44,719 nucleotides of DNA from Firmicutes bacterium HGW-Firmicutes-19. Lineage in GTDB: Bacteria > Bacillota_I > Bacilli_A > Erysipelotrichales > Erysipelotrichaceae. Shown piece by piece: positions 1 to 8,918 of this stretch (positions are counted from its first letter, which is position 1; every line of letters starts with the position of its first letter). The stretch covers positions 1 through 44,719 of the forward strand of contig PGZW01000001.1 of assembly GCA_002841515.1 (NCBI GenBank). The letters are read 5' to 3'. The position numbers were made by a program, and so were the translations under genes. The notes under the pieces are model-generated. The model worked only from the letters and a program-made list of their open reading frames with translations, was not told where the DNA came from and did no database searches.

Positions 1-290
1 ATGAAATGTTGATGTACCATTCCAATTCCTAGTTCAAGCGCTTTCAAAGGATTCGTGATTTGTACTGTTTCTCCCTTGTAAATGATGTGGCCTTCTTCCG
101 GTTGCTCTTGACCAAACAGAACTTTCATTAGGGTGCTTTTTCCGGCGCCGTTCTCTCCTATTAAAGCGTGTATCTCCCCCTTTTTAACTCGGAGATTAAT
201 ATTTTTATTTGCGACAAAACCATTACCATAAATCTTGGTAATTCCATCCATGACAAGTATGTACTCATTGATATTTACATCATCATTCAT
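1..290 (-). CDS. ABC transporter ATP-binding protein, N-terminal fragment (gene continues past the left edge)
   Basis: Open-ended, so absent from the ORF track. The reverse strand from ATG (288-290) reads MNDDVNINEYILVMDGITKIYGNGFVANKNINLRVKKGEIHALIGENGAGKSTLMKVLFG... with Walker A GENGAGKST. AGGAGG lies just upstream (rc of 298-303). It sits downstream of a BMP-family binding protein. Confidence 0.85.
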   Translation of the reverse strand, partial: MNDDVNINEYILVMDGITKIYGNGFVANKNINLRVKKGEIHALIGENGAGKSTLMKVLFGQEQPEEGHIIYKGETVQITNPLKALELGIGMVHQHF

Positions 291-354
291 GTTGCATCCT
301 CCTTTTACCTTTGAATATAGAGGCCGTAAGGCCCCTATATTCGAACTTTAACAA

Positions 355-1458
355 TTATTGTGACGCTTTGTTTTTCCACTCATTTACATCTTCAGTGGAC
401 ATACCGATGGCGGTTGGAACTACGATTGCACCGCTGATGATTTTCTGTTCTGCTTCATCAACTGCCGCACGAATGTCGGCAGGTACGAATTGTTCGTAGA
501 ATTTATTCTTTGCTAAGCCCATACCGTTTAGAGCAATACCTGCAGCCTGATGTTCGCCATATTTGATCGTACCTTCGACGAATTCTTTGATTTTGTTGTA
601 AATCAAAATGTCTAAGTGTTTTACTACAGAAGTAACGATATGATTTGCTTGATCTAAATTACCTTCGGCTTCAAACTGTAATGCACGGTCTTGGTCAACA
701 CCGATGGAATAACGTTTTGCCAATTGAGATGCTTCGTAAACGCCATAACTTGCTGAACCAGCAACCGCGTAAACTATGTCAGCTCCTTGATCATATTGCG
801 CCAATGTCAATTCTTTCGCTTTAGCACTGTCTGTGAAGTTACCGACATAACTGAACAATACTTTAACTTCTGGATCAACAGATTTAGCACCTGCGATGTA
901 GCCAATCAAGAAGTCATTGATTGCTGCGTTCTCGCCGCCGCCAACAAAACCGATAATCTTTTGAGGATTAATCTTATCATTTCCTTGAACTTGTGTTAAT
1001 TTTGCAGCCATTACACCAGCCAAGTATGAACCTTCATTTTGTTTTGACAAAATAGAAACTGCATTAGGATAGCTATACGCACTGAAGTCAAGGGCTGCAT
1101 CATATACAACAAATTTTTGTTCCGGATACTCTCTAGCAGCTGCAGCAGTTGCTTGTAATAAGTTGAAAGTTCCTGAGATAACTAAATCCCATTCGCCACT
1201 TTCACTGACTTCGCTTAATGTTGGTTCCTGGCGAGTTGGATCCCCACCCAATTCAATAGCTCTGATTTCAAGATTGAAATCTTCTGCAGCACGGGTAACT
1301 CCGCCCCAAACTAAATCGGAGAATGCCTTATCGCCTAGGTTTGTGTTAATGATTACTACGACTTTCAGTTTCTCATCATCTGCTGGTTTTTGAGAACAGC
1401 CGGATACAACGAGTAACAGAATTAAGAATAAACTAATGATTATTGCGCTCTTTTTCAT
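355..1458 (-). CDS. BMP-family (PnrA/Med-like) ABC transporter substrate-binding lipoprotein
   Basis: ORF track 355..1470. Hydrophobic signal plus lipobox LLLVVSGCSQ; periplasmic-binding-protein-like body. I prefer ATG 1456-1458 (MKKSAII...) because GGAGG precedes it by ~6 nt. Confidence 0.85.
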   Translation of the reverse strand: MKKSAIIISLFLILLLVVSGCSQKPADDEKLKVVVIINTNLGDKAFSDLVWGGVTRAAEDFNLEIRAIELGGDPTRQEPTLSEVSESGEWDLVISGTFNLLQATAAAAREYPEQKFVVYDAALDFSAYSYPNAVSILSKQNEGSYLAGVMAAKLTQVQGNDKINPQKIIGFVGGGENAAINDFLIGYIAGAKSVDPEVKVLFSYVGNFTDSAKAKELTLAQYDQGADIVYAVAGSASYGVYEASQLAKRYSIGVDQDRALQFEAEGNLDQANHIVTSVVKHLDILIYNKIKEFVEGTIKYGEHQAAGIALNGMGLAKNKFYEQFVPADIRAAVDEAEQKIISGAIVVPTAIGMSTEDVNEWKNKASQ

Positions 1459-1471
1459 TTTTTCCTCCATG

Positions 1472-2089
1472 TTAAGTTAGAACAAGTTTGCTTTTTCTTG
1501 CTAATTCAATGAATAACTGAATAAAAATACCGACTAAAATCACATTTCCTACTGTTCCTAGACCGAACACACCTCCCATCATTATCCCGACAACCAGCAG
1601 CGAGCTGTCAGCAATTATTTTAGCCATCCGATATGAACATTTAAGCTTATCTATGATCACTTCGGTCATCAAGTCATATGGACCGATACCAAAGTCAACC
1701 AACACAACAATTGCTATTCCTAACGACGTAATGATCGTTCCCAACACATTGAACATTAGTTGATACTGTCTAAATGGAACATCTGCCACCAGTAATCCAG
1801 TAAACAGATTGATAAATATTCCCATGGTCAATACCATCAATAACGTCCCGAGATTTATCTTTTCTCTTTTAACAAAGAAAGCTACAACTAGAAATATGAA
1901 GTTAAGCAATAGATTTGCATACCCGTAATTTAGCGGAAGCACTTTTGTAATTCCGTCTGAAGCTGTTGCCATGGGATTGGTTCCGATACCGGTTTTGTAG
2001 GTCATCGCAATCCCAAAGGCGGCAATAACAATGCCAAGGATGATTAACAGAGACTTCTTCAACACACTACTTAGATTCAATTTTCCCAT
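1472..2089 (-). CDS. Polytopic membrane protein, YczE/YitT-like (function unknown)
   Basis: ORF track 1472..2116 (the track start is TTG). About six hydrophobic segments; motifs GIGTNPM and GIGPYD recall the YczE/YitT family. ATG at 2087-2089 is taken as the start, giving a 13-nt overlap with the ribokinase stop. Confidence 0.6.
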   Translation of the reverse strand: MGKLNLSSVLKKSLLIILGIVIAAFGIAMTYKTGIGTNPMATASDGITKVLPLNYGYANLLLNFIFLVVAFFVKREKINLGTLLMVLTMGIFINLFTGLLVADVPFRQYQLMFNVLGTIITSLGIAIVVLVDFGIGPYDLMTEVIIDKLKCSYRMAKIIADSSLLVVGIMMGGVFGLGTVGNVILVGIFIQLFIELARKSKLVLT

Positions 2090-2988
2090 TCTCCACTTCC
2101 CATCCTTTCTAGCCAATCACTGACTTGCTGTAAGGTCGGGATAGAATTTGATGCACCTAGTTGAGTCACAGAGATTGCACTTGCCGCAGAGGCAAATTTC
2201 ATTGAATCTTCAATCGACCAACCGTTGAATCTACCTGCCAAGTAGTATCCTGTATAAGTATCTCCTGCACCCGTAGGATCGACTGCATCAACTTTAAATG
2301 CATTTTGAATGTATTTATGACTGCCATCGTAATAAAGCGACCCTTTTTCTCCCAATGTGAGGATGAAATCTGCATCTGGGAATCGTAAAGTTAATCCTTC
2401 GAGAATAGTTTCCACATCGGTTGCAGATGTCAACCTGCTGCCTTCAACTTCGTTGAGAATGAATGTATCAATGAGTTCGAGTGGATGGCTCAATAGTTCT
2501 TCAGTAATCGGCGATGGATTCAGGAAGATTTTCATTCCTTTTTTGGATGCCGCTTGAATCAGATAGTCCAGATTTGATATTTCATTTTGAATCAAAAGCC
2601 AATCATTCCTATCAAACTTAGAAAGAACTTGATCAATGTCTTCCACTGTGATTTCATGATTTGAACCTCCATGAACAATGATTGCATTTTCGCCATGTTG
2701 ATCGACTTGAATTACGGCGTGTCCACTGACATTGTTTGATTTGAAAACAAACTCCGTGTCAATCCCTTTATTTTTCATAAATGTCTTTAGAAACTCTCCC
2801 TCCGCGCCAATCTTACCGGCATGAAATGGCTTTATACCTGCGCAAGATATGGCAACCGATTGATTTAGTCCTTTTCCACCAATCAGTTCAACATATTCTT
2901 TCGAAGATATTGTTTCCTTTTTTCCGACTACTTCGTTTACTTTATAAACCTTGTCAATATTCACTGATCCAAAATTTAGTATTTTCAT
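2077..2988 (-). CDS. rbsK: Ribokinase (PfkB family)
   Basis: 303 aa. N-terminal FGSVNIDKVYKV, GGKGLNQSVA (ribokinase GGKGANQ-type motif) and C-terminal DPTGAGDTYTGYY (PfkB signature 2). Follows a LacI-family gene and precedes uptake genes. Confidence 0.8.
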   Translation of the reverse strand: MKILNFGSVNIDKVYKVNEVVGKKETISSKEYVELIGGKGLNQSVAISCAGIKPFHAGKIGAEGEFLKTFMKNKGIDTEFVFKSNNVSGHAVIQVDQHGENAIIVHGGSNHEITVEDIDQVLSKFDRNDWLLIQNEISNLDYLIQAASKKGMKIFLNPSPITEELLSHPLELIDTFILNEVEGSRLTSATDVETILEGLTLRFPDADFILTLGEKGSLYYDGSHKYIQNAFKVDAVDPTGAGDTYTGYYLAGRFNGWSIEDSMKFASAASAISVTQLGASNSIPTLQQVSDWLERMGSGEWEN

Positions 2989-2989
2989 C

Positions 2990-4021
2990 TTACTCTCCTT
3001 CCACGATAGAAATAATACTATTTCTTATGACTAATTTAGGTTCCAATTCCTTAACCTCCGCCTCAATTTTCTGATTGCTGTTTTCGATTAATTTCGTAAG
3101 AATTCGCACGCTTTCTTCGCCGATTTGATCGATGGGTTGGTGGATGGTAGTTAACCCGGGATATACGATGTCACACAGATTGATGTTGTCATATCCGATC
3201 ACGGACAATTGCGAGGGAATCTTGATACCCGACTTATTGGCAGCCCGATATATCCCAAAGGCCATAATATCATTTTGACAAAAAACTGCTGTTACCTTTT
3301 TATTCAAGAATACGGACATGGCTTTATCTTCAAATCCCGAGGAGAAGTTCCCTTCTACGACAAGATTTTCATCATACCGAATATTGAATTCTTCAAGCGC
3401 TTTTTTATATCCGTCCAGTCTCTGTTGACTTGTAGTTAGGCCAAGGGGACCCGTGAAACAACCGATTTTTCTATGTCCGCATTCGATTAAGTACTTTGTA
3501 GCCATATATCCGCCGGTCGTGTTATTTACGGTTACCATGTCACTGTGAAATCCTTTGGGTTGTCGGTCGACAACCACAAAAGGTACATTGTTCTTTTGTA
3601 AAAACTCCAGGTTTCTTATGTCTTCTTTTTCTGGAAGATGTGATGATTTTGTAATCACGATACCATCCACCTGATGATCCACAAACAGTTTCAAATATTC
3701 ATAGTCACGGGAATAGACATCGCTGGTATTGCCATAAATCAAACTATATCCTCTTTTTCTAGCCGCAATCTCTACTGATTTTGATAATTCTGAGAAGAAC
3801 ATGTTGCTATTATCCGGAATGACCAACCCTAAAAGTTTGGTTTTCTTTTTAAGCAGACCTACGGCTAATCGATTTGGACGATATCCCAACTCTTCCGCCG
3901 TACTTAGAATCAACTGACGACTACTCTCCGGAATCTTTGTTTCTTTGTTATTTAAAACTAAAGAAACCGAAGTAATCGAGAATCCACTTTTCTTAGCAAC
4001 ATCTTTAATGGTTACACGCAT
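2990..4021 (-). CDS. LacI-family transcriptional regulator (RbsR/CcpA-like)
   Basis: ORF track 2990..4030. N-terminal HTH VTIKDVAKKSGFSITSVSLVLNN plus a periplasmic-binding-protein-like sugar-binding core. ATG 4019-4021 is preferred because GAAGGA lies ~9 nt upstream. Confidence 0.85.
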   Translation of the reverse strand: MRVTIKDVAKKSGFSITSVSLVLNNKETKIPESSRQLILSTAEELGYRPNRLAVGLLKKKTKLLGLVIPDNSNMFFSELSKSVEIAARKRGYSLIYGNTSDVYSRDYEYLKLFVDHQVDGIVITKSSHLPEKEDIRNLEFLQKNNVPFVVVDRQPKGFHSDMVTVNNTTGGYMATKYLIECGHRKIGCFTGPLGLTTSQQRLDGYKKALEEFNIRYDENLVVEGNFSSGFEDKAMSVFLNKKVTAVFCQNDIMAFGIYRAANKSGIKIPSQLSVIGYDNINLCDIVYPGLTTIHQPIDQIGEESVRILTKLIENSNQKIEAEVKELEPKLVIRNSIISIVEGE

Positions 4022-4116
4022 AGAACCCATCCTTCTCGCAAATTTTTGTTCAAAATGCCCAAGTGATTGTCAAATATATAGGCAACACATACAACATGAT
4101 ATTTTAATGTTTTTCA

Positions 4117-4138
4117 TCAAGTAAAACCTTTTACTTGA
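4117..4138. repeat. Perfect 10+10 inverted repeat TCAAGTAAAA-CC-TTTTACTTGA upstream of the LacI-family gene
   Basis: Read directly: the arms are exact reverse complements. It lies ~96-117 nt upstream of the regulator start. No flanking T-run on either strand, so it is not a convincing terminator; it may be an operator or a 5' UTR hairpin. Confidence 0.6.
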
Positions 4139-4185
4139 ACTATAAAAATAATATATCATTACTTTTTTGATTCGTCAATAGATTC

Positions 4186-4199
4186 TGTAAGCGTTTTCT
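4186..4199. promoter_or_regulatory. cre-like / LacI-family operator candidate TGTAAGCGTTTTCT
   Basis: Fits the degenerate catabolite-responsive-element pattern TGNAANCGNWNNCW at every constrained position. Located in the 550-nt intergenic region upstream of the LacI / ribokinase operon. Confidence 0.4.
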
Positions 4200-4349
4200 C
4201 GGTTTTTATTTGCATATTTTATGTTCAACTGGTTAATATTTTTGAATAATATCGATTGAATGTTTACTCGCACCTCAAACAAGCCACTTCCCTTTTGCTT
4301 GACTGTTTTTACACAAACTTTTAGTAAAGTCTCAAGGATGCACTGATTC

Positions 4350-4382
4350 AAAAAAAATAAAAATGGATGGCATTGCCATCCA
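4350..4382 (-). terminator. Rho-independent terminator of the DUF3006/MBL/lipoprotein operon
   Basis: The minus strand reads TGGATGGCAATGCCATCCA followed by TTTTTATTTTTTTT: a GC-containing palindromic stem plus a U-run, ~200 nt downstream of the stop at 4581. Confidence 0.7.
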
Positions 4383-4580
4383 GATAATCAATCATGTTGT
4401 TCATTCAAATTCTATTAAATCTCTATTGATAACAATCCTAAGTGATTATTGCGATTTTTGCTTTTCTCATGAGCTGATTAGGCTATGAGATCGTAATTAT
4501 TCCTAACTCACAAACTATGGGATTTAACTCAGTTACTTATACTCTGATTATTGAGTTCTGGTTGTTAAATTCTGAGGACA

Positions 4581-4778
4581 TTAATCTTTAAATAGCTCTG
4601 ACATTAATCCTTTGATTCGATTCTCTCGAATCTCTGTCTCAGATTTATCGATTGAAATATTTATGACGTCTCCCTCTTTAGCTCCAACAAAAAGTATCTT
4701 CGGAACATCAATAAATGTCATGTCTGGCAATTCTATAATGGCAAATTCTCCTTCGAAACGATCAATTGTAACTTTCAT
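4581..4778 (-). CDS. DUF3006-like small protein
   Basis: 65 aa, MKVTIDRFEGEFAIIELPDMTFIDVPK.... The N-terminal DRFEG...A..E pattern and its position immediately downstream of a ComEC-type MBL hydrolase match my recollection of DUF3006. Confidence 0.65.
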   Translation of the reverse strand: MKVTIDRFEGEFAIIELPDMTFIDVPKILFVGAKEGDVINISIDKSETEIRENRIKGLMSELFKD

Positions 4779-4817
4779 ATTTCCTCCTTTTTCAACTAAA
4801 TAAAATCTAGTTATTCA

Positions 4818-6173
4818 TTATTCTACGAAAATGCTCTTCCCATCACTTGAAATCACAATATTTCCATCAATATCCGTTCTGAAAGTATTCACCCCTAAAT
4901 CAGTCAGTCTATTAATCACTTCTTCCGTAGGATGACCATAGGAGTTTTTCCCTACACTTATAACTGCGTACTTTGGTGCTACAGCAGTGAGAAATGATTG
5001 TGATGTAGATGTGGATGAGCCGTGATGGCCAACCTTTAACACGTCAGCCTTTAAACTGATACCCAGATTTAGAATTTCTTGTTCTGAAGTAAAACCCGCG
5101 TCTCCCATGAAGAGAAATGAGTTATTCTGATAAGTTATCTTAAGAACCACTGAATGTTGGTTCAAATCACTATAAGTACTGGATACCGGTGCAATAATCT
5201 TAACACTCAGCGAACTATCTAAATCGATACTCATCCCCGCTTTTGCGGTATTGATAAGCAGCCCTTTGCTTTTAATCGTCGTTAAGAGTGTTTCGTAGGT
5301 TTTGGTCGTCGTAGTTGCTTTGGGCATATAGATAGAACCTATTTGGAAATTCTCAATGATGTAAGACATTCCCCCAATATGATCGGCATGTGGATGAGTT
5401 GCAATCAGTACATCGATTTTCGTAATACCCCTTGCAATCAAATAATTAGCAACTTTTGTTTGGTATGAACTCGTTCCAGCATCTATCAGAATATTGCTTC
5501 CGTTGGGAGTTTGAATAAGTATGCTATCCCCTTGTCCTACATCAATGTAATTTACTATTAGCAGTTTTCCATTGGACGGTGGCGGATCTGGAGTCGGGGT
5601 AGGTATTGGTGTTACTGGATCAGGTAGCGGTGTTGGAGTGGGATCCGGTTTTGGAGTTGGATGGTCCGTTGGAGGAGTAGGTTTTTGATCGACTGGTTTC
5701 TCAATAGGAGGCTGTTGAGTTTGATCTGTATTATCATTATCTTCCGGATTATCTACATCTAAACTTTTATCTATAATGGTGGCTCGGATACTGTTACTAA
5801 TGACACTACCTGCATAGCAAGTAATATTCGCTACCCCATCAGACAGTCCAAATACTTTATTATTTATGACTGCCGCAATATCTACGTTAGAAGAAATACA
5901 CTTTATTCCAACAGTCTTGTCAGTATTCTTAACATTGGATGAAATCACTAAATCAGCATATTCATTTCTGTTAATCTGTAAATTCCCTGAGTTAATGGAA
6001 AGTATTTCTATAATATCAGTATCACTTATTGGAGCACTGCAACCACTGACAAGTAAACTAAAAATTATGATTATAGCAACAAAGTTCGGTATTCTTTGAT
6101 ATCTTAAAATTTGCTTTATATTTTTCTCAGCCCCTGAAAAAAGCATTCTTAGAGCTTGTTGAATTACGTTCAT
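4818..6173 (-). CDS. Secreted/lipoprotein ComEC-C-terminal-like metallo-beta-lactamase-fold hydrolase with Ig-like domain and Pro/Thr linker
   Basis: ORF track 4818..6212 (TTG). Signal/lipobox LLVSGCSAP, a Big-like segment, and a P/T-rich linker. The MBL motifs are ATHPHADHIGG (HxHxDH) and a later VGHHGS. Start ATG 6171-6173 is tentative. Confidence 0.8.
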   Translation of the reverse strand: MNVIQQALRMLFSGAEKNIKQILRYQRIPNFVAIIIIFSLLVSGCSAPISDTDIIEILSINSGNLQINRNEYADLVISSNVKNTDKTVGIKCISSNVDIAAVINNKVFGLSDGVANITCYAGSVISNSIRATIIDKSLDVDNPEDNDNTDQTQQPPIEKPVDQKPTPPTDHPTPKPDPTPTPLPDPVTPIPTPTPDPPPSNGKLLIVNYIDVGQGDSILIQTPNGSNILIDAGTSSYQTKVANYLIARGITKIDVLIATHPHADHIGGMSYIIENFQIGSIYMPKATTTTKTYETLLTTIKSKGLLINTAKAGMSIDLDSSLSVKIIAPVSSTYSDLNQHSVVLKITYQNNSFLFMGDAGFTSEQEILNLGISLKADVLKVGHHGSSTSTSQSFLTAVAPKYAVISVGKNSYGHPTEEVINRLTDLGVNTFRTDIDGNIVISSDGKSIFVE

Positions 6174-6213
6174 TCGAAATAACACCCCCCTTTTTTTGTC
6201 ATATTTAACCAAA

Positions 6214-7410
6214 TCAATTAACTGTAATGTATGTACTTACGGTTTTTCCGTCACCAGAAACCGTAATTTTCCAACTGCCCGCAGACGTGCGTACGCCAAC
6301 TTTCCACGACCAAGATACTTTGCCATCTGCACCGGCAATTTCTGGTTCCAATCCTGCAGCTGTACTAGGTCCTGATTTGTAGTAAACGACTATTGAATAC
6401 TGTTTCCCTGCTTTACCCTGAACTACGATCGTTGCAATTTCTCCAGGGTTCACTGGAGTTGTTAATGAAATTACCTTCAGTGAATATGTTGTCGGAGGAT
6501 TTGGGGTAGGTGTCGGAGTCGGTGTAGTAGCAGTAACTTTTACGACGGTTACGGATAACGTCTTTACAATCGTACCTAGCTGATAAGTAACCAAATAAGT
6601 TCCCGCAACTTTTGTATCAACTTTATTAGTTATGACTATGTTTGCATTATTTCTGTCTTCCGAAACTAAATAGCTCTTGGGATCAAATGAACTGCCCTGA
6701 TTTATCGAAACTGAGGTCTTTGTTAGAATTGGAGAAACATCCTTCACAGTTACACTTAACGTTTTTGATGCTGTTCCTGCTGAATATACAACTTGGTATG
6801 TTCCAATCTTACTTGTATCTACGTTGTTCTGAATGGAGATTTTGGGACTGTTGGGAAAGTTTCCAGCAAGATATGTTTTCGGACTAAAGGTACTTCCTAA
6901 ATTTATTGTGATTGCACTCTGAGTCAGAACAATGTCAACATTTTTCACAGACACGTTCAAAACTTTTTCAATACCGCTAAAGGAGTAAACAACAATATAC
7001 TCTCCAGCTTTGCTTACATCGACATTGCTAACGATTTTGATGTCATTGTTTTTGTCTTCACTCGAAATATAGTCTTTAGGATTAAATGTACTGCCCGATT
7101 CTATAATGATATTCTGACTGGTCAATGTCACCGGATCACTCAAGACAACCACTTTAAGTATCGCCTCAGATCCTCCGAGTTTGTAAACTATCTGATAATT
7201 TCCAGATAATTTTGTATTCGCAGTGTTTAATATCTCAACTTTTTCATTTGTCCGAAAGGCCTCTCCCAAATAATCCATGGGATTGATCTCTTGCCCCTGA
7301 TACAGTTGAATTTCTTTTTGAGTCAGTTCGATGCTTTCTGAACAACCAAAAAGACCAATCGCCAAAAAGAGAATCAAAATCGACTTAATGAGTAAATGTT
7401 TATTATTCAT
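6214..7410 (-). CDS. Lipoprotein with four tandem ~70-aa Ig-like repeats and a C-terminal ~90-aa domain
   Basis: ORF track 6214..7434. Lipobox LFGCSES. The repeat pattern LTQ..I.I..GS.F.PK.Y......N..I.I.N.VD.SK.G.Y.VVY.......L.V.V occurs four times, followed by a TPTPTPTP linker. ATG 7408-7410 is preferred. Confidence 0.75.
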   Translation of the reverse strand: MNNKHLLIKSILILFLAIGLFGCSESIELTQKEIQLYQGQEINPMDYLGEAFRTNEKVEILNTANTKLSGNYQIVYKLGGSEAILKVVVLSDPVTLTSQNIIIESGSTFNPKDYISSEDKNNDIKIVSNVDVSKAGEYIVVYSFSGIEKVLNVSVKNVDIVLTQSAITINLGSTFSPKTYLAGNFPNSPKISIQNNVDTSKIGTYQVVYSAGTASKTLSVTVKDVSPILTKTSVSINQGSSFDPKSYLVSEDRNNANIVITNKVDTKVAGTYLVTYQLGTIVKTLSVTVVKVTATTPTPTPTPNPPTTYSLKVISLTTPVNPGEIATIVVQGKAGKQYSIVVYYKSGPSTAAGLEPEIAGADGKVSWSWKVGVRTSAGSWKITVSGDGKTVSTYITVN

Positions 7411-7570
7411 GATTTTCCCCACGTGTACTCCCACACACTTTCTGTGAATATTATATATTATTTTACGTATTTTGATAATGCTTGTTAAGATATTATTAAA
7501 GAATTTGTTAACAATTTCTATTACGAACTTATTAAATCAAAATGAATTAATCAACGATTTCTGATCAGCT

Positions 7571-8356
7571 TTATAGGTAAATGATGCTATTTATCCTCAA
7601 ACTGTCGTACATCGTTGATAATCCAAATCTTTCATCAAGATTGACGATGACATAGGCTAAGCGGCTGATATGCAGGATCTGAGGGATAATAATCCCCTTA
7701 AACCACTCAGATGCAGCTTTGTCGGTTTCACTGTACTGAAAGACTTGTATGAGCAGACATCCGGAAACAACCGTGTTGATAAACTTTGTGTCAAAAAGTA
7801 TATCCGAACCAGACGATGAGTGCACACTGATCTGAATGCAGTAATAACCGTCCTGATATCGACCTCTTTTCATATTAAACGCCCGGATATAAGGAAATAT
7901 TCTTTCATTGTTTCCTCCCACCATTAAGCGCGGCTTGCCGTTAAACTGAAAGTCGTCATCAACCGCAAGTACTTTCGTCTTCTCATAGTCACGGACATCA
8001 TAGGGAAATCCTCTGAGTACAAAGAGCGATGACACATCCATGATATGCCGGATATCCGTATAGAACTGCGTAGTCTCTTTTAGATAGTCGATGAAATGAT
8101 TGGCATCGATGGCCGTGAATGTCGGAGTTTGGCGCAGAGGTTTGAGGCGCAGCTGGTAGAACAGTAAGTTCAATTGGTGGTCAAAGCGTGGATATGATCT
8201 CAAATCTCCAACGCAGGCAACCAATAAGTCCAGTGAGTCATGATCGATCATGCAAGGCATGATGAACAACCCATCCTCACTTATGCGCTTATACTCCATA
8301 GGAATGACATCTTCCAACTCAACAAACTCGATTTTAAAATTGCTTCTATAAAACAT
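7571..8356 (-). CDS. Hypothetical protein (261 aa), no family recognised
   Basis: ORF track 7571..8386 (TTG). ATG 8354-8356 has AAGGGG 6 nt upstream and overlaps the stop of the upstream ORF by 11 nt. This stretch is GC-rich: 51 G+C in my hand count of 8101-8200. Confidence 0.6.
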   Translation of the reverse strand: MFYRSNFKIEFVELEDVIPMEYKRISEDGLFIMPCMIDHDSLDLLVACVGDLRSYPRFDHQLNLLFYQLRLKPLRQTPTFTAIDANHFIDYLKETTQFYTDIRHIMDVSSLFVLRGFPYDVRDYEKTKVLAVDDDFQFNGKPRLMVGGNNERIFPYIRAFNMKRGRYQDGYYCIQISVHSSSGSDILFDTKFINTVVSGCLLIQVFQYSETDKAASEWFKGIIIPQILHISRLAYVIVNLDERFGLSTMYDSLRINSIIYL

Positions 8357-8696
8357 GGGATACCCCTTGCTCATCCACGATCTCAAGCAATCGACCTTTT
8401 AGGTTTAGCCAGACCGTTCGAATACTCATGGTTTGAGGTCTGTTATACATGGGGTCATAGTTGATAAACAGGTAATCCGGATGAACCATGACATAGGAGT
8501 CTGAACTTACCTTATGCACATACCCATCCACGATCAACCGTAACATAAGCAGCTGACTGTCAACCGGAACGTCCAAATTGTAAATAACGTTTCTGTACCT
8601 CACTTTTCCATGATAGCGGACATGGCGGCTGTGCATCCAGTCACACCAGTTGTTCTCAACGGCTTTGTAAGGCTTAGGGGTGTAGTTAATCTTCAT
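8346..8696 (-). CDS. Hypothetical protein (116 aa), no family recognised
   Basis: The internal ATG 8694-8696 of track ORF 8346..8852 is preceded by GAGAGGAAAATC (strong SD). The track start at 8852 is a TTG with no SD. Product MKINYTPKPYKAVENNWCDWMHSRHVRYHGK.... Confidence 0.55.
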   Translation of the reverse strand: MKINYTPKPYKAVENNWCDWMHSRHVRYHGKVRYRNVIYNLDVPVDSQLLMLRLIVDGYVHKVSSDSYVMVHPDYLFINYDPMYNRPQTMSIRTVWLNLKGRLLEIVDEQGVSHVL

Positions 8697-8765
8697 GATT
8701 TTCCTCTCTTTCTTAAACACGACACAAAGGAAAAGCATGAAGCCCTCCCTATCTGTCGCGTTAAC

Positions 8766-8827
8766 GCTGGAATTGGCACCGTACATAACGCCGGTTGCCG
8801 AGTGGTCATTGAGCCAGTCTCTCACAC
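8766..8827 (-). repeat. Leader direct repeat, copy A (62 nt)
   Basis: An ungapped hand alignment with 8919-8980 gives 47/62 identities. The invariant core is TCATTGAGCCAGTC (plus strand). Confidence 0.7.
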
Positions 8828-8856
8828 TCTCTTGATAGGAATTTACATTCAATTGT

Positions 8857-8890
8857 CAAAGAACAATAAAGCCCCCTATCCACGATAGGG
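8857..8890 (-). terminator. Hairpin plus U-rich tail between the two leader repeats (terminator/attenuator candidate)
   Basis: The minus strand reads CCCTATC-GTG-GATAGGG (7-bp stem, 8874-8880/8884-8890) followed by GGCTTTATTGTTCTTTG. A TTGACA hexamer (8854-8859, minus strand) follows directly. Confidence 0.4.
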
Positions 8891-8918
8891 AGCATAGTAA
8901 ATAATGCTTGCCTATCGT

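Noticed and set aside
5567-5717. Low-complexity CCN/ACN-rich DNA (also at 6487-6535)
   Set aside because: It encodes the Pro/Thr-rich interdomain linkers (PTPKPDPTPTPLPDP..., TPTPTPTPNPP) of two secreted proteins. It is not an independent repeat element.
8697-8852. N-terminal 52-codon extension of track ORF 8346..8852
   Set aside because: The track start is a TTG with no SD. The internal ATG at 8696 has GAGAGGAAAATC upstream. The extension coincides with leader repeat copy A. It is kept only as an alternative in the repeat finding.
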